64,000 bases of DNA from assembly GCA_951406725.2 (NCBI GenBank), contig OX597816.1:43586001-43650000 (forward strand), read 5' to 3'. Made by a program: the position numbers and the translations under genes. Below are positions 1 to 12,933 of this stretch, piece after piece. The DNA is from Octopus vulgaris (lineage: Eukaryota). How positions within the stretch are numbered: the stretch's first letter is position 1; each line of letters opens with the position of its first letter. The notes under the pieces were generated by a model. It had not been told where the DNA came from, did no database searches, and saw nothing but the letters and a program-made list of their open reading frames with translations.

Positions 1-1761
1 GCTCAAAGGCCCTATTATACACCTTCTGACAAAAGCGGCCGGAGAATGCTGGCGAACGATCAAAGCTGACGTGTGCAATGAGCGTTTACCACAACGCCAT
101 CGACCCGAACGTGTGGTGGCAAGTTTTCAAAATCCGATAATAAATATGAGTATTGCTTGTTAATTAACCGCGAAATGACGTGTGTTAACAAGCAACACTT
201 GTAACGAGAATAAGATGTAAGACATCATTAATAAAAAGAAGAAAAAAAACTTTCACAGAATTATGCCCTACCAAGAAGAAATATTAAAATCAATCCGTAT
301 TATAAATCGTTGTAGATTATAATAAAAACCTACCCGGTTTTTATTCAGATGATGTGTGTAGACATTCTACGTCCGCCACGTCTAAAAAGCACAAGTCTAC
401 CCTTCTCTTTCAGTCGTCTATTATTCTCCACTGTCGCCATCTCTTGTTATTCCTGTGTTGCTTGTATTTTGCTAGATGTGTTTTTTTGTTAACGTATGGT
501 GGGTTCATCTACGTTTTTGACGGGACTTGGTTTTGTTTTGCTGAATTCCTTCTGAATTCTTCACTAGGATAAGCTGGTATGAGTACACAAGGTTATCTGC
601 CGTTGACCTAACCATGTATTTGTGTGTGTGAGCGTGTGTATGTGTGAGAGTAAAAGAGACAGTAAATGTGTGATGGAGTGGTCATGAAGACGTTAGGAAC
701 GGTAGAAGAATACCAAACACATGTAGTGGAGATAATATATTCTGTTGAAGCTGTTGAATTACTATCTACAACCTCGAATTTCTTTCCTTTGTCGATTTTC
801 ATCTGGTGACGAAAGTTAATCTCGTTGACGACTTGACAAACACGCAAAAATCTATAAATCTGTGAAAGAGGATGAAATGTTTCAAATTATCGATAAGTTC
901 TGAATTTCCAAGTAGCGTTCACTTTTATATATATATGCAAAATAGAAAATTGATACTTGTGATGTTTGTGTTAAATCTTCAAAGCACAAGGGAAATGATT
1001 AAACGTGAAACTAACAATTCTGTAAGATATAGTTTAGCAACTGCTGATACAATTCTTTGGAAAACTTTTGTATTCTAGCCCTAGTGAAGAACGCGCTACA
1101 TTCACTTATTAGATAAATAAATATAACACTCTTAATACCCTTAAATCACAAACAACTGTCAGTTAAAAAATTTCATTCAATAGTGTAGTCTGAAAAACAA
1201 AAGACAATATGATCGTCTGTGCGGTGCTTGGCAGTGTTGTAAGAACGAAGTAAAAATTTCCCAAAATGTGGACAACTCTTCACAGTTTCCGTCCACAAGG
1301 CTTCGAACCTGGATTTAAGGTAGCCTCCTGGCGCATGTGAGTTCATGAGAATTATAAATCTTTCTGGCTAAACACAATTTTCACAGTCGTGTTACATTAT
1401 GATAGGGTCCAGAAATTTCTAATAATTTCCCCCTGATGTTAAAGGGCGTGATGGACTACTTCGCGCTATTATTTCCGACTTTCTGCGCTTTGAGTTCAAA
1501 TCTCGCCGACGAAAATTTCACCTTTCATCCTTTTGGGGCTCAGTAAAAATAAAGTACTAAGCAATGCAGTAAATAGGGGGAAGTGAAAGTGTTTCTGACC
1601 ATGTGCTTTGCCTTGTTCCTGTTCTTTGTGATCTTAGATCAAATACCACGAATGTTTGTTTTGAGTTGTAGATTTAATCCATAACATGTTTTAACATTAC
1701 CACTTTGCACTTTGGGAAACGGAGTTCAGTTGTTGCAAGCATTAAGACTAGCTCTCAGGTT

Positions 1762-1815
1762 TGATGTCATCTTCTTGTCTGATGACATCTTCCTGTTTGA
1801 TGACATCTTCCTGTT
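1762..1815 (+). repeat. 3 x 18-bp tandem repeat (TGATGACATCTTCCTGTT)
   Basis: tgatgtcatcttcttgtc / tgatgacatcttcctgtt / tgatgacatcttcctgtt read directly. Confidence 0.9.
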
Positions 1816-2542
1816 TCAGAGGAATTCGTCTCCGGTTTCATAATAGCTTCCCGCATCTATTGTCTTTTCTCTTGATGAAAAGACAAACGAGAGAAAAAGA
1901 AAAAAGAAGACACACACAAAAAAAAAAAACGGTCAGCTAAAAAAGTCGGAAGAGAGTGATGTCGGTGGACGGAGATGGTTGGTTGTCATTTTTTCGCATG
2001 TGCAATTGTCTGCCTATGTGGTCTGAGCCGATTCCAGTCAGGAATAGAGAATATAGAACTTCTCTGTTCTGGTCGGGAATAGAGAGTTTAACATTGCTGT
2101 ATAGTTTGCTGTAGAAGTTATCAATAGACAATTGTTAAATTGTATTCAGTGAATTTATCTTTACTTCAAAAGCAATACGTATATGTTCGTGTGTGTGTGC
2201 TGGCGAGGGAGGGTGTGACTACGTGTGCGTGATTGCGTTCATGTAAGGTGATTTGAAAACTGACAGAATCCGACTAAACATGTTTACCTTCAGAAGTAAT
2301 CGAAGTGATAACAGTGAAAAGCATTGAATTCGATATTCAATCGCACGTGAAATGTGTGCACTGAATTTAAGCAAGCCGCCTCTTCATTGACCTATATATA
2401 TATATATATTTCTATGCAGTGCATACCGATATTATATCGACCTATTAAATCAACGTTGCTTATAATCTATATTCCTTTTATTTGTGTGCATGTGTGCACA
2501 TACATACAGTTTAACACACATACTTATATACTATGTGCATAC

Positions 2543-2573
<31 letters not shown>

Positions 2574-2704
2574 GGATTGTGTGTGTGACAGAGAGAGAGA
2601 AAGAGATTATTGGAATAATGAATATCTTACTGCGGTCGCGTAAAAGTTTCCTTTGTATAAAGCGATTAGCTGAGAGCTCAATAAAAGTAAGAAAAAAAAA
2701 AACC

Positions 2705-2808
2705 GTAGGAGCAGACGCTTGTTTCCCAATCACAATCATCCGAGTTCAGTCTAAATGTGTGTCACCTTGTTCAAGTGTCTTCTACTATAGCCTCAGGCCA
2801 ACCAAAGG
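2705..2808 (+). mobile_element. Degenerate 5' part of SINE family A
   Basis: caagtgtcttctactatagcctcaggccaaccaaag matches the family A head/body seen at 2870 and 23558. Confidence 0.7.
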
Positions 2809-2811
<3 letters not shown>

Positions 2812-2847
<36 letters not shown>

Positions 2848-2869
2848 TAGATAGATAGATAGATAGATA
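2812..2869. repeat. (TA)n(TAGA)n microsatellite
   Basis: Direct reading. Confidence 0.95.
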
Positions 2870-3270
2870 GGTGTAGGAGTGGCTCTGTGGTAAGTAGCTT
2901 GCTTACCAACCACATGGTTCCGGGTTCAGTCTCACTGCGTGGCACCTTGGGCAAGTGTCTTCTACTATCGCCTCGGGCCGACCAAAGTCTTGTGAGTGGA
3001 TTTGGTAGACGGAAACTGAAAGAGGCCCGTCGTATATATATATATTTATATATGTGTGCGTGTGTGTCAGTGTTTGTTCTCCCAACATCGCTTCACAACC
3101 GATGCCAGTGTGTTTATGTCCCCGTAACATAGCGGTTCGGCAAAAGAGACCGATAGAATAAGTGAATAAGTACTAGGCTTACAAAGGATAAGTCCTGGGG
3201 TCGATTTTCTCGACTAAAGGCGGTGCTCCAGCATGGTCACAGTGAAATGACTGAAGCAAGTAAAAGAGTA
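2870..3270 (+). mobile_element. tRNA-derived SINE family A, full length, internal (TA)/(TG) microsatellite
   Basis: Head ggagtggctctgtggtaag (A box)...gggttcagtc (B box-like); 3' half cgatagaataagt...aaggcggtgctccagcatgg...gtaaaagagta; more than 10 similar copies in the window. Confidence 0.9.
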
Positions 3271-3520
3271 TATATCTTCTACTCTTGTGTTTTTCTCCGT
3301 CACAACATATGGATGAGAAAGGAAGGGGTGATGGCAAACTGCTAGTGGGAGCGTTTGAACTCTGTGTGATTATACGTGTGTACGTGTGTGCGTTTACAAG
3401 GGAAGTGTGTGAATGATTGTATGTGAACCAGCGTCCTTAGAGTAACAAACGATGATCGATGTCACATCTCAGAAGACAACCACTAGATAACATTGACAAG
3501 TGTATCAATTTGATTTACCA

Positions 3521-3967
3521 TCCAAATTTATATATAAAACTAGCAGTATCGCCCGGCGTTGCTCAGGTTTGTAAGGGAAATAACTATAAAGCATTTTTAG
3601 AGAGTTATAGCCAAAAAATAGCAAAAAAATGGAAAAAAAATTATGGTAAATTTTTTTTTGAGAGTAAAAAAGGTTGAGTTGCGTCCCCTAGACAGTCCGT
3701 GGTTTGTTTTTTTTGATTCTCGACCCCATGTCGAATTTATCGATTTTTTTCAGAACTGGGGTTAACTTTTCAAAATTTTCGCTGCGTTAGTTTTGAATTA
3801 TGACATTGGGCTATGTGTGTGTCAAGTTTCATCAGAATCGGTTGAAAGCCTTGGTCAGGGTGAGGGTACGAGAAAACAGACACACAGAAACACGCACAGA
3901 CAAACTGCCGTTTATATATAGAGATGCTACAATTAGCCGTCATTTTTGACGGCACGGGATCAGCTAG
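3521..3967 (+). mobile_element. Mini-Helitron (~62 nt: 3521-3539 + 3925-3967) split by a larger Helitron
   Basis: A|TC start at 3521, hairpin gccgtca-tttt-tgacggc 3936-3953, CTAG|T at 3964-3967; second copy at 21130-21188. Confidence 0.75.
3540..3924 (-). mobile_element. Non-autonomous Helitron
   Basis: Minus strand begins TC (tctctatatataaacggcag), ends with GC-rich subterminal palindrome ...gagcaacgccgggcgatactgCTAG, inserted at A|T; near-identical copy at 55291-55653. Confidence 0.85.
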
Positions 3968-3982
3968 TAATATGCTATAGAG

Positions 3983-4265
3983 ATCCTCGTCCACTTGTAT
4001 GTTATTGTCGGCACTGTAATATTCTTGTCGCCACTATTATGGCGTGGCAGTATCATCTTTGACTCGTCTACCGTACTATCACTGACGGCTCCGCAAGACA
4101 ACGACATTGAAACGTCTACTCCTACAGTAACTCGAACTCGTATATATCACGTAACTGACATTGACTCCAGCTGAGAACTCGTACAACGTCTCTCCTACTA
4201 TCGACCTCCTACAATGACTGACTGTCTGACTTTATAGTGGGAAGGGCAGTACTATTTTCACTACA
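3983..4265 (-). mobile_element. Possible Gypsy-type LTR fragment with tandem PBS-like motifs
   Basis: Minus strand starts TGTAGTG; followed by three 20-nt-spaced motifs tggcgacaagaat / tgccgacaataac / tggacgaggat resembling TGGCGACGAG PBS; no TSD found. Confidence 0.3.
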
Positions 4266-4299
4266 ACAATATATATGTTTATATATGTATATATATGCG

Positions 4300-4473
4300 G
4301 GTGTGTTTTTGTGTCTGTGTTTGTTCCCCATCATCGCTTGGCAACGGTGTTCGCGTGTTTACGTCTCCATAATTCTGCGGTTTGGCAAAAGAAATCCATA
4401 GATTTAGCAAAGTCCTGGGGGTCGATTCATACGGTGACCCAGCATGACTGAAGTGCCTGAAACAAGTAAAAGA
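4300..4473 (+). mobile_element. SINE family A, 3' half only
   Basis: gtgtctgtgtttgttccccatcatcgcttggcaac...ggggtcgatt...ctgaaacaagtaaaaga. Confidence 0.75.
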
Positions 4474-5603
4474 TAACTGATATAGCCAGCTAAATCGTAG
4501 AGAATTTGAAATCGAGCAACATCATTGAAATAAACACACAGTATATTCTGGATCTCGGAGTATTTAACACTATAAATGATACCATGGTGGTAGAAAAATC
4601 CCTTTGAATACAGAAGAAGTCTGAAATGGATCGAGAAGCTCAAAAGATTCCTTTAGTCCAACGGTAGAACTCCTGCCATGTTTACAGGTGATATGCGTTC
4701 CTGTTTTTCGGGCAGCCTTCGACTTTTTCGATCCATGAGGTCTGTAACCCAATATTTATACGCTATTATTTCTAGCTATACAGTCTGTAACACAATATTT
4801 ATACCATATTATTTTCGCTTTGTTATCACCATTCCAAAACAGCATTAATATATATTCTCTATCTTTTTCGAGAAATCAGACGTTCATGAAAATATAGGCA
4901 CCTTGTTCTTTATCGGCGGTATAGCAAAAGGCCAAAAATGGGAATTTACTGATCCTATAAATCGTTGAGGTAGATTTCAGTGTTATATGAAAACCGGTGA
5001 AATATCAAGAACAAGCATGTGCTGACCTGTCTGCATAAATATTGCAGAGAGTGCTCAGATCACAGAGATATTCATTAAGAGTGCAGAAAAACTCCTAAAA
5101 TATATTCCCGGTTTATATCGATATTGTAATGGTGTATATAGGTAGAACTAAAACAAACAGACACACACGTGCATATATATATAGTCAATAAAACATATAT
5201 CAGAAAAGAAGTACACTCTAAAGAATAGAGTAGTAATTATCAAAGCAAAAGTTTAAAATCTCGTCATAGAGATACCAAATGGTACATTGCTGGTAATGCT
5301 GATGGCAGGTCTTAGTGCCACCGTAGCTTCATAGATGACTCTGTCAGTATCGCTTCGGCCTCCTACTCGACAGTTATTGTATACCCTGCAAGAGAAACCT
5401 GCCTCCTCCCTTGTATTGTGGCCTTAAACCTCGATATCTGCGCGTTTCCTCACTTCTGCGTGGTAGAAAATTACGTTTTTTTTGTCTTTGTATAGAGTCT
5501 GGCGAGGCTTTGGCTTTCGTGGATACGAAACTGTTGGTAAATTTATGAACAGAATCTAAATTTTTCTTTTGTTACATACATACATATATATATATACATA
5601 TAT

Positions 5604-5889
5604 ATCATCGTGACCGACCAGACTATCAGATGTTGCTACGCATCGTTGGGCACAATGCTCTTCGCATTGTTTTAGCCTTCAAATGACGCTAAGCGAGCAG
5701 GCCAACAGAAGAAAGAATGAGAGAAAGTTGTAGGGAAAGAGTACAGCAGGGACCGCCCCCCCCCCCTGCCGGAGACTCGTGGAGATTTTATGTGTTTTCG
5801 CTCAATAAACACTCACAACGCCCGGTCTGGGAATAGAAATCGCAATCCTACGACCGTGAGTCCGCTGCTCTAACCACTGGGCCATAGCG

Positions 5890-5892
<3 letters not shown>
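5604..5892 (-). mobile_element. tRNA-derived SINE family C (tail type 1)
   Basis: Reverse strand aggcgctatggcccagtggttagagcagcggactc...; tail gaaggctaaaacaatgcg...gtcggtcacgatgat shared with 60398-60667. Confidence 0.85.
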
Positions 5893-5924
<32 letters not shown>

Positions 5925-6711
5925 TACTCTCCTCACAGGAGATCATAGCTTGTCCAGTTATACCCTCAGTGTAGATCTAGCCACCTCAACGAGAAGCCGG
6001 TCTGTAGCAGAATTACAGATGCTAGTGCCGCTCGCTTTTAGCTGAGCGTACCTGGACAAAGTGGAATGGAAACACTCCGCATACTCCGAGTATTGAATTC
6101 ATACATTAATTTTGGGAAGTCCATCACGTATCGAATGTGCACTTCTATAAGTTGTTAAAATTGGGGGAGATATGTTGATATTTCTAGTAGAGACGTCACA
6201 TAAACTAATATGGTTTATGGTTAATGTGTGCTGGTTTGCATACTAATATATATATACACTCTCCTCGCATATACTGACACAGCGTTTTCTTTACCAGCCC
6301 GTTTTAACGATATATGAACCAACCAACCAACCAATCAATCAATCAATCAATCAGTCAATATATTTCACTTTCGAAGATTACGAATATCCCTCGCCACCAC
6401 AAGCATATTTATACACAGTGAACCTACCATACCAATGACTTTTCTTATTTGTACTCTCAGACTTTCGACTGTAGTCACGAAGGAGCGTCACCATCTCTTA
6501 CTTTCTATTTGAAATTGTCTTCTCTTCTTTGTTTTCTTTTTCTTCCTTCCTTCCTTCCTTCTTACCTTCAATCTCTTTGTTATTCTGCTCCTAATTCTTT
6601 CTCTCTCTCTTCTTGTCTCACTCCCTTTCTTCTCTTTAGCAACTCGTTCAGTTCAGATTTTTGAAAGCATAATCTCAAACCCTTTTCATGTCACAAATTT
6701 TTTAAACTTTT

Positions 6712-6920
6712 GTTTCTTCTTCTTCTTTTTCTTTTTTCTTCTTTTTTTCCTCCTCCTCCTTCTTCTTCTTCTTTTTCTTTTTTCTTCTTTTTTTCCTCCT
6801 CCTCCTCCTTCTTCTTCTTCTTCTTCTTTTTCTTTTTTCTTCTTTTTTTTCCCTCCTCCTCCTCCTCCTTCTTCTTCTTCTTCTTCTTTTTCTTCTTCTT
6901 CTTCTTCTTCTTCTTCTCCT
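6712..6920. repeat. Polypyrimidine (TTC/CTC)n low-complexity tract
   Basis: Direct reading; source of the poly-R/K and poly-F/S ORFs. Confidence 0.95.
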
Positions 6921-8671
6921 AGGGTAACTCATTAATTTCTCTTTCGTTCTCTTTCTCTCGTTGATTCCCTCTTTTTCTTCCCCTTCTTTAACATTCTTCG
7001 ATTTTTTATATTGCTTTCCCTACTCAATACTTTATTCACCCGACTTACATAATCTACCATAATAAACATTCATTCATTCATTCTACCCATTTCTTTCTTT
7101 TCCCCTAATCCTATTTCTTTCTCTTTCTCTCATATACTTATCCGTAATTCAAAACAACCACATGCAAATCTTCCTTTCTCTATCTCCCCTTCTTACGATT
7201 CTCCCCCTGTTCCTATATTACTCTATCGTTCACACTCCTTATCTCTCTCTATATTTCTTCTTGTCTCTCTCATTCGTCCCTCTCACTCTCTTCTACACGA
7301 CTCTTTTTATACCACAAAACCTTTCTTATGCTGCTTTCTTTTATTTTCTAACCACTTCCCCCGAGTTTTAAATTAATACCTAAATGGGTATAGTTTCCAA
7401 TATAGCCACAAATCTCACTCATCTCTCAAACACAAACACACACAGCAACACACACACATACACACACAGCAACACATACACACACAGTAACTCACCTACT
7501 CACACAGAGCAACACACATGCACAACCACACACTCGTTATGTGTATATGTGTAGGCGCAACGTTTATTTCAACTATTAAATTCTCGGACATCAATTTTAT
7601 GCTAAGAAAAATATCTATTTTTTCCCCCCTTGATAAACGGGAGAAGTCAACAAGACGAACAGTAGAACAGTAGGAGCAGTTACTGAATATTTCCCTGTAG
7701 ATACATTTACATTATCCTATGATATATATTATATAAGTCATTTAGAATTTCTTCGCTTCTCTCTGTCTCCTTTTCCATTTATTTAAAATACAGTTTTCAT
7801 AATTTAGACCTGCTTCCTACTCAAATCAAATTAATAAATATATATTTCAATTTGCTTTCATACAATTTCAAACTAAAATGGTGGATGAAACTGACATCAA
7901 CTATTTGTTATTATCGCATCGCATTAATATTCGTTGGCCAAAACCCAGAGTATTGTTTGGATAGGTCTTTCAAGTTGACGTTGGAGTATGATTTATTTTA
8001 CTAAGTGTGAATGGTGCCACGAGGAAAACATTTGACAAAGATGGATGCAGATCCAATAATCATGGATTTTATAATGGCGAAAATTTTTCTTTTCATTCGT
8101 TTTCATTTTCTTGCTTGTATACAGGACTAATACTCAATATTCAAAGATAGTGCCGAGTGTACGATAATGGGCAGTACTTTTCACTACCTCTTTAGTTTAT
8201 TCTATTAGAATATAATACATTATCCAAATATATAATACGTCACTCGTGACAGGATTCTTTATCTATTTTGTCATTGTCACTCTTTGGCCTAAACATTTCT
8301 CAAAGTAATATTGGCTTGGTTTCATTAAAGACTGCCAACATCTTCGGTAGTGGACAATGGTTGTTAGAATTGACTGCAATATATTATGTGTGTATTTTAC
8401 CAACAACAAAAAGATAAGATACTAACTTAAATTTAGATGATTTAAGATTTAGAATGTAATGTCGGAAACAACAATGTAAGATGTTCATAAGCTGTTCATG
8501 GTGTTTCCTTCGATGAGTTGCTAATTTAGTAGGGATAGTTGATTAAACCGACACTGTTAGATTACTGGGACATTGACTAATAAAAGTGAAAACTTCGGTC
8601 AGTGTCAGTAAGCTTAAAACTGAGAAATCATAGATCTGTACATAGTGCTGAAGTTCGATATTAAAGTACAA

Positions 8672-8850
8672 TAGAATTGTTCTCCACCGCTTGCGACCTA
8701 TCAGTAATCTAAAACCAAATATGTAAATCTCTCCGTAAAGAACATCATTTCAAGCGTAGAAAATCCTATTGTAGTTTTCACTTGCAGTACTAATGCTGTA
8801 TGACTAGTGATGTAGTTTGATCATAAAATAAATGAGAACAAACATGGCAA
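8672..8850 (+). repeat. Diverged ~180-bp direct repeat, copy 1 (copy 2 at 10251-10422)
   Basis: agaattgttctccac...gtaaagaacatcatttcaag...atggcaa present at both loci. Confidence 0.8.
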
Positions 8851-9139
8851 TAACTGAATGCATAATGAAATGTTGAAACAGTTGATTTTAAAATCTTGAA
8901 TCATTACTTAAAATAGTAATATATGCCTGTCAATTTACTAATACATATAAGCTTAGTAGCAATGCTGTGTGGAGGTTTGGACATATTGAGCAGTTGCTTG
9001 TGATCTCCACGAAACTAGAGTTCCCATCTTAACCTATCTGTGCTTTGTGGTTGTGTATAGAGGAGATCTGTGTATTGCCTTTCCCGGAGGCTAGTGATGC
9101 TTATTTCAAATTTGGAGATAAAATATAGCATATATTGAT

Positions 9140-9348
9140 TTCAAATTTTATCACAAGGCCAGCAATTTCGGAGTTGATGATAAGTCTTACATCGATCCCA
9201 GTACTAAAACTGGTAGCTATTTTACCGCCCCCACGAAAGGAATGAAAGCCAAAGTCGACCTTGGCAGAATTTGAACTCAAAATGTAAAGACGGAAGCAAT
9301 GCTGCTAAGCATTTTGTCCGGTATACTAAGGATACTGCCAGCTCGCCG
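9140..9348 (-). mobile_element. SINE family B, older variant
   Basis: atcgatcccagt...aaagtcgaccttggcagaatttgaactc...gccagctcgcc. Confidence 0.8.
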
Positions 9349-10199
9349 TTGGACATGAAACTTTTCGAATCCCTCTTTTTATTTAGTTGGTAATGAGCAA
9401 AATCTACGCAATGGAGAGGAACCCCTTAACTGCACCGCTTGCTGAAAAATATAATGGCCAATACTGGTTTTTAGTGTCAGTTAAAATATTATATATCTCA
9501 AGAAAAGAAAAAGAGAATATGTATATGAGGTCTGCTAAAAACTGACTTCTGAAAAACACATTTACTACTTCACTAAAAATAATCAGATTTACCTTTTTCC
9601 TAGTATTTCCGTCTCCTATCAGTACGCTTTTCCCAAGATTTTTCGAATTTTTTATATTCGTTCTGGAACACCTTCTCGTATTTACTTCACTTGTTCTCAT
9701 AACGAATTTCTCCCAATATCTTCTATCTCTAGACAGATGGATTTTTAGTTGTTTATTTTTCTTTTTAATTTTCTCTTCCGGACTGTAGGGTAGCCAGGGA
9801 GCGTGAATCGTTCTCTAGCCACTCGCCTCTTTAGATTAGGCCACTACGCATCTCACCCTAACTAAAGTAAGGAAAAAGCTACTACAAGAATATTCTATTA
9901 TTCTTTTATACCTTTCAACCCTAAGATTGTGGCAATGCTGGAGCATATTAAGCTCAAAAAAGCACGACAGCAAGTAACGACGCATCAGCAGGTGTGTTTT
10001 CCTGCTCCAGCTAGAGCTGGTTTGTCTATGCCTCAGAACTCTTTCTAGGCACTACATCTCTCAGATGACTCTCTGTCCTTCTATAATTTCAGCATATCCT
10101 TGTAGATGCCTAATGTCTCGTCTCAACACGTAGTTGAAACTTATGATGGACAACATCCTTCCACTCAAAGGAAACACCAATACATTGAGCGACTCTGAT

Positions 10200-10750
10200 A
10201 AGCTATGCTTTTCTTCCTCGTTGCAGTGACAATGATCGAACCCACTGCAGTAGAACTGTTCTCCACAACTTGTGACCAATCTGTAACCTAAAATCACAAA
10301 AGTAAACCTCTCAGTAAAGAACATCATTTCAAGAGAAGAATATACTGTTGTAATTTTCGCTTGTAGTAGTATGATCAGTTATGTAGTTTTGTCATAAATT
10401 AAATATGGGCCCAAAATGGCAAACTCCAACGTTTTGTCACCTGTTACATTTTTGAGAAAGTTTTCATCAGAATTTCACCATTAAACAACTCTTAACTGAC
10501 TCAATTTTCTTTTTTTTTAACTGTCAATAAACAGGCTGCAAACATGCCATGATACATTGCGTCGAGCTCCTCAGATCGAATCCAACACTTTCTTTGTGTA
10601 GTTTTCATTCTTTTTTGTGGAAGGTCATCCAGATTTGAGATTATGTTTGGTGGTTGTGCTGGTGTCATCTTCCTTCTTTGTATGGCTCAAAAATCATTCT
10701 CGCTACAGACCTGTTGTAACATTAGAAAAGACTCCGTAGAAATATTCCTT
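10200..10750 (-). pseudogene. Very old Tc1/mariner-superfamily transposase relic (includes copy 2 of the 180-bp repeat)
   Basis: Hand translation of minus strand gives FEPYKEGR*, KSG*PSTKKNENYTKKV (cf. mariner FKEGR...RSGRPST) and MMFFTERFTFVILG (cf. IxFSDEAxF); stops and frameshifts. Confidence 0.35.
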
Positions 10751-10907
10751 TACTAGAAACAAAATTGTATACAAACATGCTGCTCTTCCAAATTTCACAA
10801 TGATACACACACACACACAGATGTAAATTATATGGCTACTTATATATATATTCTCACATATATACATAAATCTATCTATGTGTATGTGTATCTACTTATA
10901 TATAAAT

Positions 10908-11144
10908 GCGCCCTTTTAAAGCCTAGCCAGGCTCATGGGCCCGGTTTCAATGGCGTATGTACTCCCCAACTAGACGGGACGCCAGTCCATCGCAGCGTTA
11001 CTCATTTTTGCTTGCTGAGTGGACTGGAGCAACGTTAAATGAAGTGTTTTGCTCAAAAACACAACGCGTCGCCCGGTCTAGGAATCGAAACCACAATCTT
11101 ACGATCATGATGCTGACACCCTAACCACTAAGACACGCGCCTCC
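10908..11144 (-). mobile_element. tRNA-derived SINE family D with V-SINE-like tail
   Basis: Reverse: ggaggcgcgtgtcttagtggttagg...ttgagcaaaacacttcatt...gctgcgatggactggcgtcccgtc...gaaaccggg. Confidence 0.85.
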
Positions 11145-11154
11145 ACCATACATA

Positions 11155-11156
11155 CC

Positions 11157-11206
<50 letters not shown>

Positions 11207-11223
11207 TACATATATATATATAT

Positions 11224-11306
<83 letters not shown>

Positions 11307-11670
11307 CATACATATATATATATACATACATATATATATATATACATACATATATATATATACATACATATATATATATACATATATATATATATACATA
11401 CATATATATATATACATACATATATATATATATATACATACATATATATATATACATACATATATATATATATACATACATATATATATATACATACATA
11501 TATATATATACATACATATATATATACATACATATATATATATATACATACATATATATATATACATACATATATATATATATACATACATACATATACA
11601 TACATACATATATATATATATACATACATACATACATATATATATATATACACACACACACATACACACG
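11155..11670. repeat. Long (TA)n/(TACA)n compound microsatellite
   Basis: Direct reading. Confidence 0.97.
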
Positions 11671-12438
11671 CGTGCGCATACGTGTAGAACAAACACGACG
11701 AACGAGAGTGAATGAGAGAGAGAGAGATCGAAAGTGTGGGGGTTGGTTAGAAATGGATAACCTACATACAATGATATGCTCTGAAACAGTCAAACATATA
11801 CCTGTCTTCGCCTCTTTTCCGATATATATGCTAATTCTTCATGTCGGCGACTAGTCTGAAACAAACCCTGCTTCTAAATAATTGATTAGTCGATAGATAT
11901 CATTTTCTTTGCCGATGTTGTTATCGTCGTGTCGTATTTGTTGCCATAGAAACGGTACAATGACTACAGGAAACATCTAATTACTGATCACTCACAGACT
12001 TCGATCTCACCTGTTTGCGAATCATTAAGGTGTATATTCATCAATCTTGATACATGCCAGTGTCTAGTTGTCCCACTGGTATAATGGAAAGTTTTATCTA
12101 TAACAACAACTAAAAGTTGCATGCATACTTGACGAGAGCTATAAATATAATTGATAGAGAAAATTTAATGAGCCTATCTGAGTGGATAAAAGTAATTCAA
12201 AGAATATAAAAACAGCTTCAAAAAACTTTTACAACCAAAATTCTATTTGCTTTTCACTCTTATAACGTTAACCCTTTCAGAGTAATACTAGACATTCGTT
12301 TCTAATTGTTTGAAATCAAATATATCAGCTAGATAGATGTTTCTAAAGCTGAGTAACAGCATCTCCTTAGAGTGTTGTGACCCCTAAGGGAGCGGCAAAT
12401 TTCTCAATATTTTGAAAAGTTTTTAAAACATAACAATA

Positions 12439-12843
12439 AGGTGCAGGCATAACTGTGTGGTAAATAATTTACTTCCCAACCACTTGCTTCCGGGTTCAAT
12501 CCCACTGCGTGGCACCTTGAGCAAGTGTCTTCTGCTATAGTCTTGGGTCGACCAAAGCCTTATGATTGGATATTGTAGACGTAACCGAAAGAAATCTGTC
12601 GTGTGTATATATATGTGTGTGTGTGTGTGTGTTTGCGTCTGTGTGTCCCCACCCACGGCTTGACAACCGGTGTTGGTGCGTTTACGTCCTTATTACTTAG
12701 AGGTTCGGCAAAACAACCGATAAAGTACCAGACTGAAAAAAGTAAGTATTGGGATCGATTCATTCAACTAAAATTCTTCGATCTAATAGCGCACCAGCAT
12801 GGGCAAAGTCTAATTACTGAAACGAGTACAAAATAAAAGATAA
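12439..12843 (+). mobile_element. SINE family A (diverged)
   Basis: ctgtgtggtaa...cccactgcgtggcaccttg...(TG)n...ttgacaaccggtg...actgaaac. Confidence 0.85.
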
Positions 12844-12933
12844 AGAACAAGAGTTGGGAATTATCTAATGAGTTAAAAAAATCATGATTTATGATGCGCG
12901 GAGACCCAATGTATTTTCATTATTTAAGTCCTT

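Noticed and set aside
1-165. CpG-rich open frame at the window edge (LKGPIIHLLTKAAGECW...)
   Set aside because: No recognisable motif and truncated by the window; cannot be supported as CDS
4960-5110. YMKTGEISRT resembling a GIY-YIG motif
   Set aside because: Too short and interrupted by stops; chance similarity is likely
6702-6932. Arg/Lys-rich protamine-like ORF
   Set aside because: Translation of a (GAA/GAG)n tract; no evidence of coding constraint
11121-11793. Long YI/CM-repeat ORFs (also 39696-40439, 49271-50138, 48334-48981)
   Set aside because: Stop-free readings of microsatellites
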